A stretch of 63,997 nt of DNA, counting the filler, from Asterionella formosa (lineage: Eukaryota): NCBI GenBank assembly GCA_002256025.1. It is 6 parts of 6 records of this genome, joined end to end, with 100 filler letters (N's around TTAATTAATTAA, not from the genome) between each part and the next. Parts side by side here need not be neighbours in the genome. Positions count along the whole stretch, not along the records: positions 21,641 to 32,355 come from NKIB01009223.1; positions 32,456 to 43,169 come from NKIB01009231.1; 4 more parts are not named here. One strand, 5' to 3'. The notes below the pieces were generated by a model. The model had not been told where the DNA came from and made no database searches. It saw only the letters and a list, made by a program, of their open reading frames with translations. Below are positions 26,344 through 38,731 of this stretch, piece by piece. The first letter of the stretch is position 1. The number at the start of each line of letters is the position of its first letter. The position numbers were made by a program, and so were the translations under genes.

Positions 26344-27633
26344 CGTATCTCAGTTTTGTTTCCATGAACAGTGCCCACAGAAATGATGATAAAAATCTGA
26401 ATCGTTGATCGCATGGAACCAGCATTGTTGCATAGAATACACATACCTACTGTGTGTAAATGTACAGCATGGCGATGGGCGAGCATTCAGCCGCGTGCCC
26501 TCAGGCAGTATGAAGTTTATATGGATTGTAGGAATTTTTAATTATATAACGGTATATACGTATATTAAGAGCATTTACTTTCTTATCATTGGATTGGCAT
26601 CAACTTAGCCTTCCTATTCACTATGGCAGGTGCATCGCTAGTTGGCGATGGAAACGAAAAGAATATAGCCATTTCAAGTAATAAGTAATAAAATAGTCGA
26701 GAAAAACCCTGTTGTTGAGAGGAAGACAAGCTCCCTTATTAGTCGCGTGATATTTCATCTCTTGGTACATATAGAAAAAAGGACACAGTGTGTAGAGAAG
26801 GAATCAATACTCCGTCCAGTATCACACAGTTTGTACATTCTACATGCCGTAAATTACGTGGTAGCACTCCGAGTTCGCCGTAGTACTCGAGCGCGCTAGA
26901 TTTGAAATACATCCGTCTCGATCAGCAGCACCCTCAATAACAAGGGCGACCTAAATAATCATACCTGTAGATTGTACAAATGCAGGCATGGTCATAGTCT
27001 ATGTTGAGACTGTGATGGACTCAATATATTTATCACCATTGCTTGTTACCAAAGGGAAAATTAGTCATGACTGTTTCTATCTCAAAAACTATGCAGATTA
27101 ATAGGGTATTAGATTTCCAATGGAGCAAAAACTTCGAGTCACCAGATAGAAAACATTCATTGATGATATGCTCCAGCTGGCTGGTTTTAAAATGCACAGG
27201 ATCTTACTTCCCTCTCACAGGAAGAACAGGGACACTAAAAGACATTCAAACTCTTGCTTGTGGACCAAGAATGGTTTCTAAGAAATCAGCACTTTTATTC
27301 CAATTCCCTAGCTGCCACAAACCATTTAGCAACATGAATTTTCCTCCATTGCTCTCCTCATTCTAGAGCAAAGTGACAACCAACAAAATATTCACTGCCC
27401 CACCTAATTCAAATCTAGAGATAGGCTGCTAGCTAAGATAAAGGCACTTTAGAAATGATAGATATTTAGTCAGTTCATGATTGTGAATACAAATTTGTTC
27501 TTAACAGAATGCATATTGTATGATAGGCAAAATGTAGGAATATTCAAACATGAATCCTAGTAATACATACAGAAATGCTAATTGTTAATCATTGAATTCC
27601 AATCTGCATGTGACTTGTTAAGGTGTTATACCA

Positions 27634-30600
27634 CTACAGTTCTCCAAAATCTGCAGGTACTGCTCCACTGAATGTATTGTTACTCAATCTTAGCGCAGTG
27701 AGATTTGTCAAGAGTCTGATCTCCATAGGCACAGTACCTGTGAATTTATTATTATGTAACTCAAGCTTGGTGAGACTTGTCAATAGTCCAATCTCTGTTG
27801 GAAGTGTCCCAGTGAACATATTGGAGTCAATATACAGATATCGAAGATTTGTCAATAGTCCAATGTCTGATGGGAGTGTGCCATTGAAAGTATTGCTGAA
27901 TAAACCTAGATATGTGACACTTGTTAAGAGTCCAACCTCTGTTGGTAATTTGCCAGTGAAATGATTTGACCCCAAATGTAGCTTATTGAGATTTGCCAAA
28001 AGTCCAATCTCTGTTGGGATTGTGCCAACAAAATTGTTGCTGTCCAAAAATAGATACTCAAGACTTGTTGATAGTCCTAGCTCTGTTTGGATTGTGCCAG
28101 TGAAATTATTGTTGTTCAATGTTAGGTAAGTGACACTTCTCAAGAGCGCAATCTCAGTTGGGAGTGTGCCAATAAAATTATTGTTGTCTAAAAATATCAG
28201 AATAAGACTTGCAAGCAGTCCAATTTCAGTGAGGAGTGTGCCATTAAAAGTATTGGAGTCCAATTGTAGAGTATCGAGACTTGTCATTAATCCAATCTCT
28301 TTTGGGAGTGTCCCAGTTAATTGATTGACGCTCATAGTAAGAACCATCAGATTTGTCAAGAGTCCAATCTCTGTTGGGAGTGTGCCAATGAGAGTATTAT
28401 CTGATAACCATAAATATGCAAGACTGGTCAATAGTCCAAGTTCTGTTTGGACTATTCCAGTGAACATATTGTATTCCAAACCTAGAGACTGAAGACTTGT
28501 CAACAGCCCAATTGCTGTTGGGAGTGTGCCAATGAAAGAATTGTCTGACAAATATAGAGATTGAAGACTTGTCAACAGCCCAATTGCCGTTGGGAGTGTG
28601 CCAATGAAAGAATTGTCCAACAAATATAGACTAAAGAGATTGGTTAATGCTTCAATCTCTGTGGGAAGGGTTCCAGTGAAATTATTGTGCTCCATGAAGA
28701 GATAAATGAGACTTGTCAAAAGTGCAATCTCTGTTGGAAGTGTGCCATTGAATGCATTGGTAGACAAATCTATACCAATGATACCTGTCAAAAGTCCAAT
28801 CTCTGTTGGGAGTGTGCCACTGAAATGATTCATGTACAAGTTTAGTTCAGTGAGGCTTGTCAAGAGTCCAACATCTGTTGGAAGAGTTCCATTCAGGAAA
28901 AGATTACTCCCCAAGTTCAGGTATAATAGATTTGTCAAAAACCCAAGATTGTCCCACTGTGCACCACTTAAAAGATTTCCAGCTACATCCAAATGTGCAA
29001 GGCTCCTCAATTTCCAAATCACAGAGGGTATATTTCCAGTCAAGAAATTATCATTGACAGCAAAGACTTGTAATCGAGTTAAGCTTCCAATCTCAGTTGG
29101 GATTTCTCCAGACAGCTGATTTCGGCCAATCGACATGAAGGTTAAGCTAGACAAGAGTCCAATCTCAGTTGGAATGGTTCCAGTCAGATTATTTCTGACT
29201 AGAGGACTTCCCTGTCCAAGATTCAAATGTCCTGAAATGATAGTATTAAATTAAAAGCACATCATTGTGAGTCCTTCTGGTTTGGTAAACAACAAAGACC
29301 ATGCCATTTGTAAAAACTAGTTATAGCTAGTACTACTCACGTAGTTTTTTCAATGTAGTAACAAATTCAATTCTTCCAAATTGCAGCAAAGGATTGTCAC
29401 CGAAATCCAATGAGTCTGGACAATCACAAATGCAGTGAGAAAATTAAAGCTAACATCCAATCATTTTAACCATCACATCCTGTGCTTACATAGAAGTGTC
29501 ATATTGCCAAGGCCAGATGGTAGTTGTGCAAAACTATTTGATGAGCAATTTAGATACTCTGGCAGAAAGCAATGAAGAAACAGTGTACTGGCATTAGAAG
29601 ATAATTTTGTGCAATACTGCTGAAGCAAAACTTTGACATTCCTGCAACTCACCTAAGTGCACGAGCTGATTGAAGGTGGTAGGTAGCTCAACAATTGAAT
29701 TGCTGCTAATGTCAAGGCGCCCTGCTCAAGAAATAACAAGGCAAAACAAAGAATTAGATTGAATGAATACTTTGGCAAAAGAACAAAGGATTGGAAATCT
29801 AGCCTTACTCAAGCTTTGACCAAGAGCTGCTATTTCTGGAGGAAGTGATCCATCAAGCTTCTCCCCACTCAGTTGCAATGATGTAATGGCTGTCCCATTG
29901 CAATCAACGCCTCGCCATTCACAATAGTTGTAGACTTTATATTTATTCATCTTCAACCATTGCTCATTCATGGTACTGGATGGAGAAACAACATTTGTCC
30001 ACGAGTAGCCTTTCATTTCAAAATAGAGTACCGCCAAGACATAGAATTGAAGCAAGTCGTAGTCCATGGAATGTCCATCTAGCTCTGTATTCAACCAATT
30101 CAATGCCCTTTGTTGAGACGAGTCTGTAGTTGCAAGTGCCAAACCACCATCAAATGTATTGGCAGCCAAGAACCCAAACAAATTGGTAGTAGGGCTTGCT
30201 GATGGATGTTCTGACGGTGCTAATGATGGAGTACTCGACATGGTTGGTGATATTGTGACAACAATTAATGGTTTTGGTTTTGTGAGCTGAATGGGAGTAG
30301 CAATTATGGCAACCAATATGCCAATCGCAAAAAATAACCTCAAGCCTGTTCTCATTTGAAGTTGATGCTTAGCTTTTTCTTCTGCTTCACAGTCAACAAT
30401 AGAGGCATTTGCGACTGCAGTATCATCCACAAGGATGGCATTGAGCATTGTTGTTGCAAGTTCTTGCTGGCCATGTTCACCCTGGTCTTCAATAGGGGCG
30501 AGAGTGGTGTCGCCATGAAATACGGATTCATCAGTGGCAATGAAACCTGGTCTTCCTACTGCAAAAGCTCCATGACGCATGTGTTGTGGTGATAGTGCAT

Positions 30601-31267
30601 CAATTTCTTGAAGATAATGGGTTGACGAGACCACTGGGACAACGTTGTCAGGAGAATGAAGGTTGGCATCGTGAGGCAATGTTACACTCTCCTCAAAAGC
30701 AGTTGCCTTCCGCTCATCTTCTTTTGCAAATGGAGAAGCATGGGGGCCAGCAGCAATGACGGCAGGGTTACTTGAATCAGACTCATGGGTTGAGACTCCA
30801 GCACTGCTGGCATCTGGAGCCTCATAGCCCGAAGATCCAGGCGTTGATTTCTCGGCCATATTCTTGGATCCCCGCCTTCTCTCAGCGATAAGGCGCTTCT
30901 CAGTGAGGAAAGTCGATTCTTCTCCGCCCTGAGAGCCCACAGCAAAAGTCTTTTTCCCATGCATTGCTGTGGGACTTCTCCCAGCGATAAGGCGCTTCTC
31001 AGTGAGGAAGGTCGATTCTTCTCCGCCCTGAGAGCTCACAGCCAAAGCCTTTTTCATTTGCTTTGATGCAGTAGGGCTTCTGCCTGCGATAAGGCGCTTC
31101 TCTGCGAGAAAAGAAGATTCTTCTCCACCACAATCTTGGGGAGTCGACAAGGCTTGGGGGTTCTCCTCATCGAAACCCCGACCGTCGATTTGTTGTCCGA
31201 TGGTTACCCTCACCTTTCCTCCACTGTCGCCAGTAACTTCGCCGTCCTTGTTGTTATTGCTTGACAT
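27634..31267 (-). CDS. Diatom-type membrane-anchored leucine-rich-repeat protein; exons 31267-29809, 29721-29653, 29558-29490, 29415-29341, 29231-27634
   Basis: Cytosolic N-terminus with a GAFAV motif, TM helix, PSxxPS stalk, QQRALNWL/LQFYVLAVLYF cap, CEWRGVDC, then >20 plant-type LRRs (GTLPTEIGLLTSL). All four introns are GT-AG and keep frame (3270 nt). A further 3' exon cannot be excluded. Confidence 0.9.
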
Positions 31268-31415
31268 ATTCTGGTTGTTCAATGATATTTCGACAAAAGT
31301 TTATTTCTCGAAAACTATGTGTCAACCGGTACTAGTACAATGTGTTATCAATGTATATAGTGGGAGTGTATCCAAAAATAGGTGAGAAAAGCTCCTTGCT
31401 TCGCGTCCAAAGAAT

Positions 31416-31570
31416 TCGATCGAACACAAAAACCATCAAACTAATGCATATATGTACTCGCGTGCATAAATAAATTCTTTGTATCATGCTGCTGACATAA
31501 GGAACAAGAAGTCGATCGAACACAAAAACCATCAAACAAATGCATATGTACTCGCGTACATAAATAATCT
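31416..31570. repeat. Direct repeat with ~96-bp period upstream of the LRR gene
   Basis: TCGATCGAACACAAAAACCATCAAAC...ATGTACTCGCGT.CATAAATAA occurs twice. Confidence 0.8.
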
Positions 31571-32355
31571 ATTCTTTTACGTAGATATATAAATATCCAA
31601 TTACCGCGGCATTCCTTAAGTTCTTTGCATCATGCTGCTGATATACCATACTAAGAATCAAGATTCTCGAGATTCGGAAAAGTCCCAACCTGGATGTGGA
31701 GTCCTGATAAAAGGTGCTGAAAACACGTCATCATGGAAAAGACGAATCTTAGACTATCTCTCCCCCACCTTGATAGTTTTTCGATATTTCCTGTGAGGTA
31801 TTATACAATATATTCATTTATAAGAATTCATATATGTGAGAATATTCGAAGTTCCTACGGGTGAATAGTCTTACGATCCCGGTATGAAAGTATCTGATGG
31901 GTTTCCGGGTTTGTTTTCGGTTATTGTTGGATTCGATTTGTAACTTGCTTCAGGTGCCGATGCCGTTTCCATCAAAGCTGCTGGGTCCTCCTTGACGATG
32001 TTTGGTGGCGATCTCAGTATCGATTTGAGAGGTGGTATGGGCGATGTTCCAGGTGTCATTCATGTATATTCGAATGTTCCCGGTCTTCTCTTGTTGCCGT
32101 TTTGTGAGCGATCCAACTGATGGTTGATGAGTTGCCTTTTGTGGAAATGACGATACTATCTCATATAACTAAAATAGATTCGTTCGATATTGATCCTGTC
32201 TTATTGGTTATTAAACTACGTTTATTTGTATTTGATATTCGGTGGTTTCCCTCACGCTTCCCCTGCGCTTACAACGACAAAACGTCGTCTCCAGATTTAC
32301 TTCTAACATTCTTCGTCGATCTCCTCGACTTCGCGGACTCGCTCCCAACATGGCT

Positions 32356-32455
32356 NNNNNNNNNNNNNNNNNNNNNNNNNNNNNNNNNNNNNNNNNNNNT
32401 TAATTAATTAANNNNNNNNNNNNNNNNNNNNNNNNNNNNNNNNNNNNNNNNNNNN
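32356..32455. other. Artificial scaffold spacer
   Basis: Same pattern. Confidence 0.98.
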
Positions 32456-33800
32456 TTGAAATTATCTGCAACGAAGAAAGTTTAAGTCGTGGCACGTCTT
32501 GCATCAAACCATATCACATCTTAGCTTTGGAATCAAACAAGGGAAAATGGTGATACCCTGCCTGTGGGAGCTCCCAACATGACATGACATGATTTGTTGT
32601 TGTTGCTTTGTTATTACATAGTAATAGGTCTAATTGTTTGCTTGCACTCATCATTGTTTACTGGTGCTGGGTGATGCTGTGGATTCCACTGGAGACACAA
32701 AATACAATTGTCATGACCACCAGGTTGACAGATATTGCTAGTATGAATACTGGTAGTTACGGTCGAAGTTTGCACCAAGGCTAAAACGAGATATAGTTTT
32801 GTCTGTGCCTAACATGACTTCAATTATGTTAATTTCCAGGGGTCCTCTGATATTGCCCATCATAAAAATAGATTTTGTATTTTTCATTAGCTAGCATTTT
32901 CGCAGCATAATTTGCTTCAATTGCCCCTCACTTGCATTTACCCTTTGACTTGCCTTCCCACCAGCAGCCTTCCTTGACTTTTTACTTCTCGTGTCGTTTC
33001 AATCATTTCAAATTCCGAATCTCGCATTTGATTTTACCTTTGGTGTTGGCTAGTATTACTCTTGACGCAAGGTCATCAATCAATTCCGACATAGCGAGTT
33101 AAAGGTAGAATTATTTTCAACATTAAGGGTATCATGCCAGCATGAATGTCTCGCACCTAAAATCGTCATCCAGAATACACCAACATTAGCAGGCTGCAAT
33201 AGATGATGTTGTGTTTGTATAACTTGCAATTGTGGGTATTAGATTCCAAGTAATCCAAGTCTCCGTTCAATGATGAGTGAGTGCATTATGGAATTCTTGC
33301 CCACCATGGATTCTATTCATTCATATTGAACTCAATTCATCAAGTTCCTGATTCGAATGGCCCCTGCCTGATGAGATATCAAATAGGTAAACAAACTTGA
33401 AAGGTTTAGGTATTATTATTTAATCATAAATTTTCTCTTCGAATTGACACAACCATATGATTATTGTTCCAGAAGCCATCATTATTTTCTCCATAATCAA
33501 AGTAAGTATACTAAGGAGGGCGAATTGTTTTGGAAAGCAATGGGTTTAGCTTTCTCAGTTCCATGAATATCAATTGCTCATCACCATATTTTAAGCCCAG
33601 CCGGTTGCTATTGACTGTCTCAAAAATATCATCATCAGTGTGTGAGATCTAACAATATTCTCTATTACTTTAATATTAATGTTGAATCAACTCTCGTCAA
33701 TATAAAATTATAAGGTTGGTGTAACGACTGCAAAACCGGCGCCTTGATCGCTTAGCACGGTCAAGTACTTTCTCAATTTTGATTAAATAAAAGGGTTTGA
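32456..33800 (-). pseudogene. Degenerate IS630/Tc1/mariner-like DDE transposase
   Basis: Minus-strand fragments in order: TVNSNRLGLKYGDE; YFDYGENNDGFWNNNHMVV; PFKFVYLFDISSG..H; MNRIHGGQ; WEGKSKG; and an H.EL..G-like remnant near 32555-32585. Many stops; not in the ORF track. Confidence 0.6.
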
Positions 33801-34973
33801 TGCATGATCTCATACAGAAGGAGGCAACCATATCAAGCTTACAAGGAATACAAAATCACTTGCTATAGAATGAAGGACATCCTTTGTTTCCTGGAAAGGC
33901 TGCTGTTGAATATATTATCCGAGTAAATCATGAAAATGTAAATGAAAACAGCAAATGGATGAATAATATTGGAGCGAGCAGCAATAATACATGCTTGCTT
34001 GTATTGTCACTGTCAGCTGCAGAACAGCTGTGTTATTTAACCCATGGGTTCCCAGAATGTTAATACATCAGGAATAGAAAGAAATGATCCAATAGATTTT
34101 TTGTTGACAATGCAACATCATCATCAACTGAAACATCAATGGAAGGTTGAGACAGCAGTAACAAGCAAAACGAAAACGAGTAATATTCATCTTCATCATT
34201 ATCATCAGTCTACCCATCAGATAGAATTCCGGACCGCAAGGAACGGCTTTTTTCCTAAAAACTTCTAACAGAGCGAGTAACCACCCCCAAATGGAATTCT
34301 GGTACTACAGTAAGAAATGGTTTTTTGTTTGCTTGGCACCGGAAATTCACTGCTCGGTCAGAATTCCACTGAACTCGAAATATTTTTAAAGTTTCCGAAT
34401 GCGAATTTCCGAGTGGTAGCTATGATAAGCATGCATGTTCATGTATTTGAAACCCTAGGCAAAAATTAAAATATTGTTTAGGGTTGTCAAAATTCCCTGG
34501 AACTGGGAACGTTTATGTGCTTATTTTGAGTAACAATGATGATAACAATTGAAATATTCTAATCAGTGAAAATTTACACATACATACATAGATTCCTTCT
34601 TGAATTTGCTAAATATCTATATATGTATACATTCTCCATCGTTCAATGTATATATACTCTATACTCCGATCAACAATTTTATGTCAAACAACCTGATAGC
34701 CCAGCAAATATTTGTTGATGATTGCATCACCAAAACACAACCATCAACTATGAGTGAAAGAACACATCATGAAGGCAATGACGATGCTGGCCAATCTCTC
34801 TCTAACCGAATTCACTGGGTCTTCCAAAGAGACATGGTGTCCTGCAAAATCGGCACTAAGTGATTCTGATTCCAATATTTTGGAGACAGTAGAAAAGGCT
34901 GATTTTGTTGATTTTTTCGAAAAAATGATTGCTCAACATTGGCTGGGTCTGAAGGATTATGAGATAAATAGGC

Positions 34974-35158
34974 CAACTCTATATGACATCAGAAGTTAAC
35001 TTCTGGCAAGAAACTGCAGAAAGGAACTTGTGTTTTTTACTACCAGGATGCCAAATAAAACTGATTGCCCCAAATTTTACAGCATAGTAGTAGTTAAAAG
35101 CCGAAGTTCCTTTCTACAGTTTCTCACCAGATCCTATATCTGAAGTTGTATAGAGTTG
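34974..35158. repeat. Imperfect inverted repeat (~56-bp arms, 34974-35029 / 35104-35158) in a dispersed repeat also present at ~15880-16030
   Basis: CAACTCTATA...AGAAACTG(C/T)AGAAAGGAACTT on both strands. Confidence 0.8.
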
Positions 35159-35688
35159 ACTGATACCTAATACTGTAATACTTTGACCAATTTCTGTATC
35201 TAAGCCTATTTGGAAAGGGTGTCCGATGGTGAAAGCGACACTTTTCTTTACTCGCAAGAAGTGTGTGTTTGATTACTCTGACTCAATATTACTATTTTAA
35301 CCCTACCTCGAGCTAGGGGTTCAAATCCAGGAACCTTACTGTACGCACTACCGGTATGTATGATTGACGATGGTTCTGTGAACAATGATAGATGTACCGG
35401 TATATATATAATGGGTGAGGAAATGACGACCTCTCTACCGGTAGCTTCGTAGTACATAAATTTTATAAATTCTTTTTTTGCTTCACACCACACTTCTCTC
35501 TCTCTCTCTGTGCAATCTTTACGCCAAGTGGAGTAATTATTATTATTTCTTCACAAGTAACATCGCTTATCTAATATAAATATATTAATAAACACGGTAG
35601 CTCCTGCGTATACAACAACCAAACCAACCAACCAACTATCAAGCAACCAAACTATTATTATCCACAACCACCCACCCCCACAACCACC

Positions 35689-36492
35689 ATGTTTTCATTA
35701 TTATCCCATTTACGTCGAACGAACAAGTTACAAGATGCCACCAATCGAATGGACGATGAGGTCCGTACAACGTTGGCCAATGATATTATACTTGTCACAA
35801 CAGAAAAAGAAGAATTAGATACTGAATTACAACAAGCTCAGAATATGTTGGAAGATGCCATTGAAAAAGAAGCCTTTGTTGCCATGCGGATTGAGAAATA
35901 TGAAACAACGTTGGCAAAATTGAAAATGTCAAAGAGAAGTACCACTGCCATTGGTAGTAGTAATGGTACAACAACAACAAATGACAATGGTACAACTGCA
36001 ACGACAATGATGAATCATAGTGGTGGTGATGATAATGATGATGATGATAATGATGCAAGTAACGAAAAACATGTGAATGAGCATTGGACAGATGAACCGG
36101 GAATTAATGGTTGTGACATGGTTGACAATGCTGGAATATCAAATGACGATGAAGAAGAAGGAATAGTAAATACGGCAACTGATGATGTTCGCTTGATGAA
36201 ACTGGATGAAGCATTAAAAGCAGCCAAGGAAGCGCACGAGGGGTTCAAAATGAATGTTTCGTCACTTCGGACGATTGTGACGCAATTGCATTTGAAACGA
36301 AATGTCATGGGTCATCATGATGAAGATGCCAAAGAATTTTTAGTTGCAGTGGCAGTGGCCAAGGGGACTGAAGAAGGACAAGGAATAGTACAAGATGCTG
36401 ATATTGACAGAACACCAGGAGAGGAGAACGATGTGGAAATGCAAGGTGTTGTTGCACAGAACCAAGTGGAAGGAGACAATCTTGTCACGTAG
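35689..36492 (+). CDS. Hypothetical acidic coiled-coil protein
   Basis: 267-aa ATG-initiated ORF with heptad-like helices and Asp/Thr/Asn-rich low-complexity linkers. Confidence 0.7.
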   Translation: MFSLLSHLRRTNKLQDATNRMDDEVRTTLANDIILVTTEKEELDTELQQAQNMLEDAIEKEAFVAMRIEKYETTLAKLKMSKRSTTAIGSSNGTTTTNDNGTTATTMMNHSGGDDNDDDDNDASNEKHVNEHWTDEPGINGCDMVDNAGISNDDEEEGIVNTATDDVRLMKLDEALKAAKEAHEGFKMNVSSLRTIVTQLHLKRNVMGHHDEDAKEFLVAVAVAKGTEEGQGIVQDADIDRTPGEENDVEMQGVVAQNQVEGDNLVT

Positions 36493-36764
36493 TAATGATA
36501 ATGGAGCAGAAAAAGTCAAATTTACTGCTGACACGAAATCTCAGTGAACACGGAAAGAGTCTAAGACTATGGAATGAATCATTTGCTGACCAATCACATT
36601 GTTTGCCTTTTGAACATTCCAACCATTCCCTCGTACTACAAGATAAATAGATATATGAAACAATTTGAGTCATACTTTATTTAATTGTTTCACCTAAGAT
36701 TAAAATAAGTGGTCCCGAACTCAATCTCCTTCCAATTTGGAAGTGAAATTGCTAAACGTAAGGG

Positions 36765-37880
36765 TTATCCTTCCTCCAACAACTCTTGCACCTTCTGTTT
36801 GAGGGACTCCACAAAGGATCCAGCATCTTCGTCCAAAACAAGGGTCAGTTCTTCTAATAATCCGTCCCATGATTTTTGATCCAAAACGTACTGCCAACAA
36901 AAGTCAATCAGAGTCTTTTCTTCTTCTCCCAAATATTGCAAAATTTGGGAGGCAATAAACGTCCGAAGGATTGGTTTCATCTCTTCAGTTAGTGTCGTTG
37001 CAGCCGCTTTTAATTTCTTGACAGGAGGTTCTGAGGGCAATACTAATGGTAGTACAGTAGTATCGAGGAGTAATGGTGGTGGCGGCGGCAACATGGGAAG
37101 TGGTGGTGGTGGCGGTGGCAACATGGGCAATGTTGGTGGTGGCACGTCCAATGATGGTGAAGTCATTGACAAAAGTGCATATTTTGTTCGTTCCTTCAAT
37201 GCTTGTTCCAATCGTTCTTGTACGAATTGAGCTCGTCGGCGTTGTTGTGTCGTTTGCGAAGTTTCCAAAGACTTTCTGAATTGTTGCACCAACTCCAACA
37301 CAGCTGGGGCATTGAGTGGATCCGCATCTTCATCGTAATTGTTCCCACCAGCCGCTGCTGCTACTTTACTCAAGGATAATGATTTGGTGGAGGATGATTG
37401 GAATTCTTGGTACAATGTCATTAGGGACTGTACTAGGATATCTACTTGTAGCGGTGGTGAGTGTTGTGCAACTTCTGACTCCAACAATACGGATGGTGAT
37501 GCTGGAACTAAATAAGCCGTCATTGTCAAAGGGGCATTCTGAACAGCGCTAACAAGTTTCCATGCTCCATCTCCATGCATCATGGTCACCAGAGCAGTAA
37601 AAGTCTTGATTTCCTTGTCGGTACTGCTACTACTATTCTTTGTACTCATTTTGTCCTCATTCTTGTTCTTGTTCTTGGCAAGAATAATCGGTTCATATTT
37701 CAAAATGGTTCGTGCTGGACCACACGGAGCGATCCATTCGCGTAAGCAGTTTGTCAAGAAGGAAGGGACATGAGTCAAGAGAACTACATTAGAGGATGGC
37801 AACGAGAGAAGAGGAGGAGGAGGTGGTGGTGGTGGTAGTGGTGGCAGTAGTGGCGGTTGTGGAATAGTAAGACTCGCCAT
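36765..37880 (-). CDS. Proline-rich PWI-domain protein (RBM25-like C-terminus)
   Basis: C-terminal LRTFIASQILQYLGEEEKTLIDF...LLEELTLVLDEDAGSFV matches the PWI fold; poly-Pro tracts; ATG at 37880. Confidence 0.8.
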   Translation of the reverse strand: MASLTIPQPPLLPPLPPPPPPPPLLSLPSSNVVLLTHVPSFLTNCLREWIAPCGPARTILKYEPIILAKNKNKNEDKMSTKNSSSSTDKEIKTFTALVTMMHGDGAWKLVSAVQNAPLTMTAYLVPASPSVLLESEVAQHSPPLQVDILVQSLMTLYQEFQSSSTKSLSLSKVAAAAGGNNYDEDADPLNAPAVLELVQQFRKSLETSQTTQQRRRAQFVQERLEQALKERTKYALLSMTSPSLDVPPPTLPMLPPPPPPLPMLPPPPPLLLDTTVLPLVLPSEPPVKKLKAAATTLTEEMKPILRTFIASQILQYLGEEEKTLIDFCWQYVLDQKSWDGLLEELTLVLDEDAGSFVESLKQKVQELLEEG

Positions 37881-38731
37881 GGTGCTACAGATGTAGATCA
37901 GCCAGCTGATGAAACTGTGAACAAGCAATGATACTACGAGATACCGGTACTAGTAGGTATATATCATATATATCATCATGAAACCATCAACGATCGTGCT
38001 CCTGACAAGAGCAGCCCCTCATTTGTACATACAGGTAGTACCGATTTATCATATCACGATATGCACATAAATACTGCTTATATTATGGGAGCAACAACAA
38101 GCCCTGCCTCACATCAAGTACTGGTACCAGTACCAGGTACCGGTACCTGGTACTCCTACGAGGTACGTAATCATGGACGAACGTGCTCCAATTGTCCTTC
38201 TGTTCGCCTGTCATTCGCTGCGGTCCTGGGAAGGGACCCTACTACCGGTACCTGGTACCAGGTACCGAGAGTACCTCATGGGTACAGAAAGCACTGTACG
38301 GTATATCAGTCAGTCACAGCAAGCCTAGAAATGTTTTTTTGTTGTTGCACATCATAATACCACATTGAGCTGCTATTACCCTGTTGATAATTCATATAGA
38401 TGAAAAGAAACAAAATAATGAGGTGGCTGATACACTTTGACTGCAGCTAGAAATGTTTAGATCACCAAAGAGATGACCCTCGAATGCCCATGATGATTCA
38501 TTTCTGAAAATCTTGAGATTCTTCATGGAGATTGAAGCCAAAGGTATGATCCCATACTTCATATCACTTTCCTATACTTCAACAAAGTAATGTATATTGT
38601 ACAACGAGAATATCATTGAAAGTCAGCTCATTGGTCCTGATTGCTCAAACAAGATAATGGTAGTATTGCTACTGCACCGCACTCCATGAAACAAATCTGA
38701 GTTTTGGCACTGAAAGTTACATAAGTATTCC

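Noticed and set aside
31680..32355. Deleted LTR retroelement (possible LTR end ...CA at ~32118, purine tract AAGGTGGGGGAG at ~31760, minus strand)
   Set aside because: No second LTR, no recognisable PBS and no pol motifs; insufficient support.
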